This document shows, one piece after another, positions 56,478 to 64,000 of a stretch of 64,000 nucleotides of DNA (position 1 is the first letter of the stretch; each line of letters starts with the position of its first letter). Origin of the DNA: a virus; IMG/VR virus record IMGVR_UViG_3300021962_008382, positions 64,001 through 128,000 of that record; one strand, written 5' to 3'. The position numbers and the translations under genes were made by a program. The notes under the pieces are model-generated. The model did no database searches and was not told the DNA's origin. It worked only from the letters and a program-made list of their open reading frames with translations.

Positions 56478-57814
56478 AATACACCTAAGGAATCTTTAAC
56501 AATTTCCATTGTCATATAATGAGATTTTAAAGTGACGGTATGGTGTATAGCAGTAATAAGATAGTATCCAGAATAAATTACATCCTCTGTAACCCCGTTA
56601 TTAGTTCTATCGCCTCCACCGAGAACCGGGTAAGAAAGATACAACGATGTACCTACCTCAACGTCAGTTCGACCCGGTACTACCAAATTTGCTTTTATAT
56701 TATCTATATCTAATAAACTAGATCTTCTATTACCATGAATAGCGGTAATAACATCACTAAAATTTTCTGTTGTATTATCGTATAGGCGAGGATTAACTGG
56801 GTAAAAAGATGTTTTAGCAGCAGGGTTTCTCATTATATTTGAAGAGAACACCGGTATACTCTTATTGTTCTCCCCTGTAGTATGGAACTGTTTTTTATAT
56901 TCTGAAACGTAATCATAGTCTGTTACAGTATATTTTTTATTATGAAAATCAAGGGTTATAAGTCTATTTGCTAGATACCCATTACTTATGTTCTTAACAT
57001 TATCTACGTTTTCTATTATTTTAAAATTTTTGGCAAGAAAATATTCTCGGTTAATACTAGAGGCATCAGGATTAGACGAATCTACCGCTATATTAGATGC
57101 ACCAACAGTATACTTACCTATGGAAAGTTGTTTTATATTTTTAAGCAAAGCTTCTACACAGGCAAAACAAAATCTTTGGCTGGTTTCGAAAAATAAAAAA
57201 CTCTTAGCAACATAATCTTTAGGTATAGCTTTTGTAGCAAGCCAGTTTATGCATTTCGAAGGAAGCCACCCAGGAGAAACAAATTTTACTTTATTAGAGG
57301 TCTCCCCAATAAATGATATAGTTGATTTATTTGTTCCTGTTAAGTAAGAACCTTCTTCCGCAGTATATTCTCTTTCTGTTGAAATAAAATTATTAAAAAT
57401 ATTAGTTACTATATTTTTAATATCCCCCTCAAAAGGAAGAAAAAGAGGTAGGGTAATGTCGTATATAAATTCCAGAGATGTAAAATGCATTACAAAAATT
57501 TGAGTACTAGTATCTAAAGCTATAGATCGATCGCTTATTCGGTATACTCTAAATGCTTTAGATATACTGGTTGGAAAAGAAGGGGTCTTAAATTTAACGA
57601 GTAATATCTCTTCACCTTTTAGATTAAGAAGTTCTACAAGATTCCTACTATCTGTAAGGGCTATATTACCCGTGATGAAATTAGAAAAAATATCCTCATA
57701 TAAATTTAATTCAACAAGAAAGTCTTTTAGACTTATTAAACCACCACTACTGCTTATAACAGCAATATCTTCAATTAGCACCGCACCAGCGTGTGTGATA
57801 AATTCGTTAGACAT
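56474..57814 (-). CDS. baseplate hub gp27-like
   Basis: LYEDIF..ITG.I.LTD, GEE, FLFFET, VPG...VG, SGYYLITAIHH; sits between gp53 and gp5. Confidence 0.7.
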   Translation of the reverse strand: MSNEFITHAGAVLIEDIAVISSSGGLISLKDFLVELNLYEDIFSNFITGNIALTDSRNLVELLNLKGEEILLVKFKTPSFPTSISKAFRVYRISDRSIALDTSTQIFVMHFTSLEFIYDITLPLFLPFEGDIKNIVTNIFNNFISTEREYTAEEGSYLTGTNKSTISFIGETSNKVKFVSPGWLPSKCINWLATKAIPKDYVAKSFLFFETSQRFCFACVEALLKNIKQLSIGKYTVGASNIAVDSSNPDASSINREYFLAKNFKIIENVDNVKNISNGYLANRLITLDFHNKKYTVTDYDYVSEYKKQFHTTGENNKSIPVFSSNIMRNPAAKTSFYPVNPRLYDNTTENFSDVITAIHGNRRSSLLDIDNIKANLVVPGRTDVEVGTSLYLSYPVLGGGDRTNNGVTEDVIYSGYYLITAIHHTVTLKSHYMTMEIVKDSLGVL

Positions 57815-58302
57815 TATAGTTTAATCTTTCTATTAAACTCGTTAACTATAGCTGCTACGAATAACGGCTTAATAACTTTAATTCTTCTTTTAGTTTCATT
57901 AAGATCTTCTTCGTACTGGTAGTTTGAGACTGGCGTTGCGCCCGAGGCAGATGAATTTACAATATAGCCGTCTGTATCTACGTAGTGATGTGTGCCAGCT
58001 GGGTTATTGTATTTAGAACTTACATAGTCGCTAAGCTGTTTATTAGAAAGCACCCATTCAAATCTTGGATCTAAAATATCATTAGTGTGAAGTATTAACC
58101 AATGATACTCTGTAGTTCCGTAGAGATTAAAGGAAACTATTTCTGGGGTTTCACCTTCCTTAATATCATACTCATCGTAGATTGCTAGTTTATTTTTTAT
58201 ATCTTCCGAAAAAGATATTCTTAGAAAAATATTGCGAACATACTGAGCTGACGCTTTATCATCAAGTGTGTATAAAGTAACAGGAAATTGAGAAAAATAC
58301 AT
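57814..58302 (-). CDS. gp53: baseplate wedge subunit
   Basis: MYFSQFP, GETPEIVS..LYG...YHWLIL..N, YEEDLNETKRRI. Confidence 0.9.
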   Translation of the reverse strand: MYFSQFPVTLYTLDDKASAQYVRNIFLRISFSEDIKNKLAIYDEYDIKEGETPEIVSFNLYGTTEYHWLILHTNDILDPRFEWVLSNKQLSDYVSSKYNNPAGTHHYVDTDGYIVNSSASGATPVSNYQYEEDLNETKRRIKVIKPLFVAAIVNEFNRKIKL

Positions 58303-58304
58303 TT

Positions 58305-58934
58305 TTATTTTCCTCTAAACAAGGTATCAATAATCGGTATACCTGGTGTGGTAAGGATTCTAGAAATAGCTGTTATAGCTTTGGCTGTAGAAGAATTATA
58401 TCCTTTACTGGTATCTACCCAATATTTAAAGCTAAAATTAACATTAAGTCTGTGTGTCTGGTTACTCGATAAGTTACTAACATCCATCTGACCAACTAAA
58501 ACTGGAAACGCTTCTATGAATTCAATTTCATACGTTACATTATCTTTTTCGTCAAGCTGTCGTAAAAAAATACTAGACGCATAATCTCTCTGATAATTAA
58601 CGGTAAAATTAGTAGGGGAAATAACTGTATGTACCCAGTTGTCAAAATACTCTTTAACCTTCATATCTCTATCAACATGAAATACGAATTGTACTGCACT
58701 GCTATATTCAGATGTGATCGGCCTTATTCTAGGAGGACCGAAAATTTTTTGTGTACGAGTAGGTACAGATAAAGCAGGAAACTGTGCTTGCTCACACATT
58801 AAACTTACAAAATTAGGCTTAGCCTTGCTACCAGGCTTAGATGGTAATATTACCTCAAAGCGATTAGTTCTAGCTAAGCTGTCATTCCGTACAGCAGATA
58901 CGAAATCACTTAAAGAAAAATTAGATTTAGCCAT
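58305..58934 (-). CDS. tail tube initiator gp54-like (gp19 fold)
   Basis: LARTNRFEV, YFDNW, QLD, EAFP, L.V.FSF motifs. Confidence 0.7.
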   Translation of the reverse strand: MAKSNFSLSDFVSAVRNDSLARTNRFEVILPSKPGSKAKPNFVSLMCEQAQFPALSVPTRTQKIFGPPRIRPITSEYSSAVQFVFHVDRDMKVKEYFDNWVHTVISPTNFTVNYQRDYASSIFLRQLDEKDNVTYEIEFIEAFPVLVGQMDVSNLSSNQTHRLNVNFSFKYWVDTSKGYNSSTAKAITAISRILTTPGIPIIDTLFRGK

Positions 58935-58936
58935 TC

Positions 58937-59500
58937 TTATCTCTTATTAGTCTGCTTCCAGACATCCTGTTTTGTTTTACCGATAAATTTTTCAACTGGG
59001 AGCATTGCAGCAGTTGTCCAATCCGGGTACTTTATATTTAAAAATTTTGTTTCAAGCTGACTATAAAGATAATGTTTTACCGTTTTCTGCACTGGGGCTA
59101 CTCTAGTCATGTTTTGCAGTAGATTCCAGCTTAGTTTCAATCTTGTTTTCTCACTAATCTTTTCAGATGTAGTATATTCTTGTAATGCACCGAGTAATTT
59201 AAATCTAAGCAAATATGGTAAATAGTGTAAATTAATACCATAGAAGCCGTCCGATACTTTTCTAAATGGTAAGACTAGCGGAAATCTATCGTATACAGGT
59301 AGAGTTTCTTTATGTTTAGGATCATAAAGAAACATATACATCATACCAGGTAATATAACTGTAGTTAAATCTGGTGTGTTTCTCATTAACTGAGTGGAAC
59401 TTAATGCACGTAGATTACTAACTTGTTGTCTGTACCAGTTAAATGATTTCTCAGTATCCCCGGCTTTGACTCTTATATTTTGAAATAGATTTTCTGCCAT
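58937..59500 (-). CDS. gp2: DNA end protector protein
   Basis: YDPKHKETLP.YDRFPLV, GINLHYLP, KHYL, LPVEKF. Confidence 0.92.
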   Translation of the reverse strand: MAENLFQNIRVKAGDTEKSFNWYRQQVSNLRALSSTQLMRNTPDLTTVILPGMMYMFLYDPKHKETLPVYDRFPLVLPFRKVSDGFYGINLHYLPYLLRFKLLGALQEYTTSEKISEKTRLKLSWNLLQNMTRVAPVQKTVKHYLYSQLETKFLNIKYPDWTTAAMLPVEKFIGKTKQDVWKQTNKR

Positions 59501-59505
59501 AGGAA

Positions 59506-59513
59506 TATTTATT
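59506..59513 (-). promoter_or_regulatory. late promoter AATAAATA for gp2
   Basis: TATTTATT on + strand in the gap. Confidence 0.5.
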
Positions 59514-59961
59514 ACAGGGGTACACCCAGATCTTTTTCGGTTAGTACTAAAAACTTCAGATTATTCTTATTACAGTAGCTATCAGCTGCTTTCCATTTAG
59601 CCTGATTTGTACCATATTGAAACACTTCTTCTATAAACTTACGCGTCTTACGTTTAGGTATCTCTGGCGGCTTTGTAAACTTCTCAGGCTTAATTTCTAT
59701 AAGATACTTCTGAACACTTCCGTTCTTATCTTTAATCTTTACATAGAAGTCTACAAAATAACGATGTACTTTGTTGTCAACTGGTGATTTATAAGGTATT
59801 ACAGCAATCTCTGAGCCCCATTCTAAAACGGATTCGTTTTGATCGCACCATTTCATAAACTGAAGTTCCCAGGATGATCTATAAACTACATCTCCAGAAT
59901 CACCTTTATACTTGGTAGTATTTTTAACTTTATACCGACCTTTATAAACACTGTTGTACAT
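59512..59961 (-). CDS. gp4: head completion nuclease (TnsA-like)
   Basis: YRSSWE, WGSE, HRYFVDF, IEIKP, NQAKW, LTEKDL. Confidence 0.93.
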   Translation of the reverse strand: MYNSVYKGRYKVKNTTKYKGDSGDVVYRSSWELQFMKWCDQNESVLEWGSEIAVIPYKSPVDNKVHRYFVDFYVKIKDKNGSVQKYLIEIKPEKFTKPPEIPKRKTRKFIEEVFQYGTNQAKWKAADSYCNKNNLKFLVLTEKDLGVPL

Positions 59962-59997
59962 GGATAAATATTACATAACCTTTAACAGTATTTATCC
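59962..59997. promoter_or_regulatory. face-to-face late promoters for divergent gp4 and gp48
   Basis: GATAAATA on + at 59963-59970 and on - at 59989-59996. Confidence 0.7.
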
Positions 59998-59998
59998 T

Positions 59999-61195
59999 AT
60001 GTCTTACCTAAAAGATCAACTTAAAAGACGCTTTAAAGAAACTTTAAGTAATGTTGTTGAAGATACTATTGGTTCTGCAATACGTAAGATCTTTAATATT
60101 GGTTTGTACACTTACCCGGCTGATCTTACAAGTCAGGACTCACTACACTATGTCGAATTTACTATTGTTGAGCGGGGTAAGTCTATTAGAGCGTCTCCAA
60201 ATAGATCTAAGATAAAAGAAGGAGATGCTCCAAGCCAAGGAGCTGTTGATAATCCTACTGAAGAAGAGTTAGCTAACGTAGCTACAACAACAGCAGCAGT
60301 AGCAGGGGGTATCGGTCTAAGCCGGTTAGTCTCAAGCACCGGTGCAGGCGGTCAGTTTGTCGCTGGCGTCGTGGGTGCGGTAGCCGTAGATTTTTTAATC
60401 GAAGATTTTAGTTTAATTGAACCTGACACCAAATACATACTTACAGATGTAATAACGTTACATGTTGATGGACCTCCTTCAGTTAAATACAATGTTAATT
60501 ATTCTAATAAAGATATCGGAATGTTAGCGGGTCTAGTCGGTCCAGGTAGTGCAATAGTAGATGCTATTAGTAGTAGAAATATGGATAATTTTAAATCGGC
60601 TGTAACCGGAGCTGGAGCAGCAGTCGGTACCGCTGTACTTTCAAAACTTGTAAGTATACCTTCTTTTTTAGGTATCGGGGATATAGGGGCTGCATTAAGC
60701 GCTGGTACCGGTCGTACTTTAAACCCTTTTAGAGAAGTTATTTTTGAATCAATGGATCCTAGATCCTTCACTTTTAAGTATAAATTCTTACCTAAGAGTA
60801 AAACTGAAACGAACATGGTTCGTGATATTATTAATTTGTTTAAATATCACATGCATCCAAATATAACTAATGACAAGCTTTTCTTTATTTACCCTTCAGA
60901 GTTTGATATTAAATACTATTTTAGAGGTCGTGAAAACGAATACATACACAAATTTGCACGTTGCGTATTAACATCGATGGATGTTACATATGGTGGGGAT
61001 CAATTTTCTTCTTTCAACGATGGCTCGCCCACCGAAGTAAACGTGTCGCTCAGCTTCCAGGAAGTTGATATCCTCACTAAGAAATCCCCACAAATTGACA
61101 TTGGAGGCAGATTCCTTGAAGAAGCAGCAGATACCGGTGCGAGATCATATCCAGCAGATTTTGGACCGCCTCTTGTCAGAAGACCATTACCATAA
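59999..61195 (+). CDS. gp48: baseplate tail-tube cap
   Basis: YPADL, LNPFREVIF...RSFTF.YKF.PKS..E, IYPSEFDI, CVLTSMDVTY, LSFQE; start moved to ATG 59999. Confidence 0.85.
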   Translation: MSYLKDQLKRRFKETLSNVVEDTIGSAIRKIFNIGLYTYPADLTSQDSLHYVEFTIVERGKSIRASPNRSKIKEGDAPSQGAVDNPTEEELANVATTTAAVAGGIGLSRLVSSTGAGGQFVAGVVGAVAVDFLIEDFSLIEPDTKYILTDVITLHVDGPPSVKYNVNYSNKDIGMLAGLVGPGSAIVDAISSRNMDNFKSAVTGAGAAVGTAVLSKLVSIPSFLGIGDIGAALSAGTGRTLNPFREVIFESMDPRSFTFKYKFLPKSKTETNMVRDIINLFKYHMHPNITNDKLFFIYPSEFDIKYYFRGRENEYIHKFARCVLTSMDVTYGGDQFSSFNDGSPTEVNVSLSFQEVDILTKKSPQIDIGGRFLEEAADTGARSYPADFGPPLVRRPLP

Positions 61196-61214
61196 TATAT
61201 TGAGAAAATAACAT

Positions 61215-61925
61215 ATGTCATTACCAGTACTTCAGACTCCCGTCTATGAGTTGAATATACCATCCACAAACGAAACAATTAAATACAGACCTTTTCTTGT
61301 TAAAGAATATAAAGTTCTTTTAACAATGATTGAAGCTAGCAACGACGAGATTTCGAGAATTATTAAAGAAGTTATTTCTACATGTACTTTTAATAAACTG
61401 AATACAAAAGATCTAACTCATTTTGATATAGAGTATATTTTTCTAATGCTTAGATCAAGATCAATCGGTGAGATAGTAGAGGTACAGGTAACTTGCGATT
61501 GTGGTAATAAGATACCAACAAAATACAACATCGATGATGTTAAGATTGTAAAAGACCCAGAACATACGAATATGATAGATCTTAATAATGATTACGGTAT
61601 AGAAATGATGTACCCAAAAATTGAAGATGTTTTTAACGTATATGGTAATAAAAAAACTAAGGTTGTAGATGGTATTATAAATCTTATTTGTAACAATATA
61701 AAAGGCATATACAAGAAAGATGGATCCTCGTACTGGGGTGGAGAAGATATTACTAAGAAAGAAAAAGAAGAATTTGTTCTTTCTTTAAATCAAAATCAAT
61801 TTAAAAAACTCGAATTATTTTTTAAATCATCACCTAGGGTAGTGCAAGAAATACATGTACAATGCGGAGTTTGTAATAAGCCAATTAATAAAAAAATAGA
61901 AGGTATTGGAAATTTTTTCGTCTAA
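61215..61925 (+). CDS. gp26: baseplate hub assembly protein (annotated gp26 in T4-like phages)
   Basis: LP....YEL.IPS..IKYRPFLVKE, FDIEYIFL.LRSRSIGE, CxC and CxxC, ends IEGIGNFF. Confidence 0.88.
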   Translation: MSLPVLQTPVYELNIPSTNETIKYRPFLVKEYKVLLTMIEASNDEISRIIKEVISTCTFNKLNTKDLTHFDIEYIFLMLRSRSIGEIVEVQVTCDCGNKIPTKYNIDDVKIVKDPEHTNMIDLNNDYGIEMMYPKIEDVFNVYGNKKTKVVDGIINLICNNIKGIYKKDGSSYWGGEDITKKEKEEFVLSLNQNQFKKLELFFKSSPRVVQEIHVQCGVCNKPINKKIEGIGNFFV

Positions 61926-61945
61926 GCCTTTCTCATAGTAATTTA

Positions 61946-62119
61946 ATGAATTATTACGTGTTGAATTTTTCGTTAATGCAGCATCACAAATATTCATTAA
62001 CAGAACTAGAAGATATGATACCGTGGGAAAGGGAAATTTACGTAGCTATGCTAACCGACTTTATAAAAAAAGAAAACGAAAAGATTAAGGCCCTAAATCA
62101 AAACCTAAAGAATAGCTAA
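61946..62119 (+). CDS. gp51: baseplate hub assembly catalyst gp51-like (57 aa; possibly made as a -1 frameshift extension of gp26)
   Basis: Not in ORF track. Manual translation MNYYVLNFSLMQHHKYSLTELEDMIPWEREIYVAML... Confidence 0.8.
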   Translation: MNYYVLNFSLMQHHKYSLTELEDMIPWEREIYVAMLTDFIKKENEKIKALNQNLKNS

Positions 62120-63599
62120 TGGAAACTTTACAAGATATTATCGACGACTTCAAACAACAGAATTCTGAAGACCCCTCCGATCATTCGCTGGGAGATGGCT
62201 TCGATAGCACTGTTATTCTCAGAGAGATAGCGGATTCTTTTATATCACAGAACGCTAGTTAGAAAATATTTCTTTAAACGTACAATCTATTACTGACGGT
62301 ATATTGGAAAAAGAAAATTTAGATGAACAAAATATATCTAATTTACTTACTAGTTTTCTTGATTCTGAACTAATAAGAACAGCATTCGAGAAGTTAGGAA
62401 ATGTATATGATGTTGTACAAGAATGGGCAGTAGACGCACTTAACGTTATTGAGGACTGGTATAGATCCACTTTAGATATATTTAATAATATTAAAGAGCT
62501 TTTTGATAGTAGAAACGCAATACTCACTGCAAACCCTAATGCTGCTGCTAACCCGGAAGCAGATAATGTAGTTTCTGCTGATGAAGAGCAAGCAGAAGGT
62601 ATTACTAAGTTAGTAGGATTAATTGAAACAAGTAATCAGCTTCTTACCGGTATACTGAATGGTTCTTTAGATAATACCGAAGCAGATATTAGTAGAGAAG
62701 ATGAAGATAAAAAACAAAGTAAAAAGAAAGAAAATACTGATTCAAGTTTATTTGGTGTACTGGGTGGGATTTTAGGAAGTTTTCTAGATTCTGAATTAGT
62801 AAAATCAGCATTCGAGAAGTTAGGAAAGGCATATGATGTTATTAAAGGATGGGCTACAGATGTTTTAGATTTTTTTAGAGAAGTATTTGGTGGTATTGCA
62901 GATTTTTTTAGAGGAGGCGCAGAAGCCCGAGATCAAGCTGCTGTAGATCAAGCTCGCATTCAAAGTTACGGTTATTTTAATAATGCAATACAGGATATAA
63001 AGGGTGATATTCCGAATAATCTTAATAATTTATTGCCTGATGACCGGGCTGAGATTCAGAATCGTGTTAATCAAATTAGATATGAAGCTCAAGAATATAA
63101 GAAAAGACCTGAAATGCAGGACCCTGTACAGCAAGAGGAGTTTGATAAATTTATCGAAACCTCTCTTCAAGGCATACCGCAAGAATTCTTAAATACAGAT
63201 TTAAGTACGTATACACCCAAAGAAAAAATAGGACTACCCTCCTGGCTTGATTTTAAAATTGGGGGTCCTTCAGATAGTTCAGCTATGACCCCTCTCCCGA
63301 GTACTCCACCGACATCGGGTATAGAGAACAGTGCAGAGCCGGGCGTGGTATATGGTGTACCAGGTCAAAGGGTTTATTCAGGGCAGGTAATTCGAGCTGC
63401 TCCTGAAACTACCTCCAATCAGCTACTAGAACAGATGGATCAAAATAATAATTACAATCTCGCGAATAAGACGTCTAGTATTAATCAGATTAATATGCCA
63501 GTGATTAATAATAACACTAATGTAAATAACAGTTCTTATAGCGGTGGGTCATCCTCGACCCCTAGAAACAATATCTCACCTCTTGTCGGTATCCTATAA
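62119..63599 (+). CDS. gp29-like baseplate hub / tape-measure-like protein with a frame break at ~62259
   Basis: ATG 62119 is coupled to the gp51 stop; frame stops at 62260-62262 while the -1 frame is open from 62259 to 63599; helical internal repeat; N/S-rich C-terminus (PVINNNTNVNNSS); gp29 position. Confidence 0.55.
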
Positions 63600-63626
63600 A
63601 AAACGGGGCTCTAGGCCCCGTTCTTA
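63598..63626. terminator. terminator between convergent gp29-like and gp32 genes
   Basis: AACGGGGC-TCTAG-GCCCCGTT with A-tract on the left and TTCTT on the right. Confidence 0.8.
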
Positions 63627-64000
63627 TCAATCATCGTTTGCTAATTTAGCAAAATAACTTAATGACGAATCATCGTCATCAATGTCAATATTTGCCTTAG
63701 GTTTAGATACTTTAACAGTAGGTTTATCAAACGGGATTGTATCATTATCATCCAGTGAAACATCAACAGCGGACTTAGCCGGCTGACTAGTCGCAGTAAG
63801 AACCTGTTCAAGCTTCTTCTTAAGCTCATCATAGGTCTTGAAGTTTTTAGGATCCAAAAACTCACTCAACGAATGCTGGTTGTTCCAGATGCTTTCCATC
63901 TTATTATCTTCTGCTAGCGCTGATGAAGTTTCGAACTCCGACTTATCGTAGTTACGATACCCCTCAACGTTACGTGCTTTCAGTTTAAAGTTTGCCCCAG
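63627..64000 (-). CDS. gp32: single-stranded DNA-binding protein (3' part)
   Basis: Frame open to window end: GANFKLKARNVEGYRNYDKSEF...FKTYDELKKKL...acidic tail SLSYFAKLANDD. Confidence 0.93.
   Translation of the reverse strand, partial: GANFKLKARNVEGYRNYDKSEFETSSALAEDNKMESIWNNQHSLSEFLDPKNFKTYDELKKKLEQVLTATSQPAKSAVDVSLDDNDTIPFDKPTVKVSKPKANIDIDDDDSSLSYFAKLANDD

Noticed and set aside
286-63865. Many short ORFs antisense to or nested within recognised genes (e.g. 286-663, 8967-9398, 32513-32950, 60499-60816)
   Set aside because: They overlap well-supported genes and show no recognisable motifs; treated as shadow ORFs
1-64000. Stop-codon reassignment, introns, inteins, homing endonucleases, tRNAs
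   Set aside because: Conserved genes translate full length in the standard code and TAA, TAG and TGA all end genes; gp17, gp20 and gp23 are uninterrupted; no cloverleaf seen in the short intergenic gaps

Overview
64 kb virion-morphogenesis region of a large, AT-rich T4-like myophage, almost all on the minus strand. It carries a complete head/neck/tail block (partial gp3, then gp23, 22, 21, 67-like, 20, 19, 18, 17, 16, 15, 14, 13), a baseplate block (gp8, 7, 6, 25, split gp5, 27, 53, 54, plus gp2 and gp4), a divergent plus-strand gp48/gp26/gp51/gp29-like unit, and the 3' end of gp32. T4-type late promoters (NATAAATA) recur throughout. Between neck and baseplate lies a ~26 kb accessory fibre region with two apparent 'substrate + tailoring enzyme' cassettes. 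Cassette 1 is six tandem Cys-rich 7-repeat RCC1-like beta-propeller genes followed by a methyltransferase, 3-4 glycosyltransferase-like genes, a sulfotransferase, an Mrp/ApbC ATPase and a 2OG-oxygenase/APS-kinase-like fusion. Cassette 2 is a Pro/Asn/Gly-rich protein with a mirror-symmetric (3+4|4+3) 13-aa repeat array, followed by a prolyl-hydroxylase-like 2OG oxygenase, a second sulfotransferase and two paralogous unknowns. My leading inference is a phage-encoded system for chemically decorating virion surface/adhesin proteins. Also seen: patchwork exact DNA identity among the propeller paralogs, a candidate -1 programmed frameshift joining gp26 to gp51, and a 1-nt frame break in the gp29-like gene. 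No tRNA, CRISPR array, reverse transcriptase or mobile element was recognised. All family calls are from motif recognition by eye and need HMM/structure confirmation.
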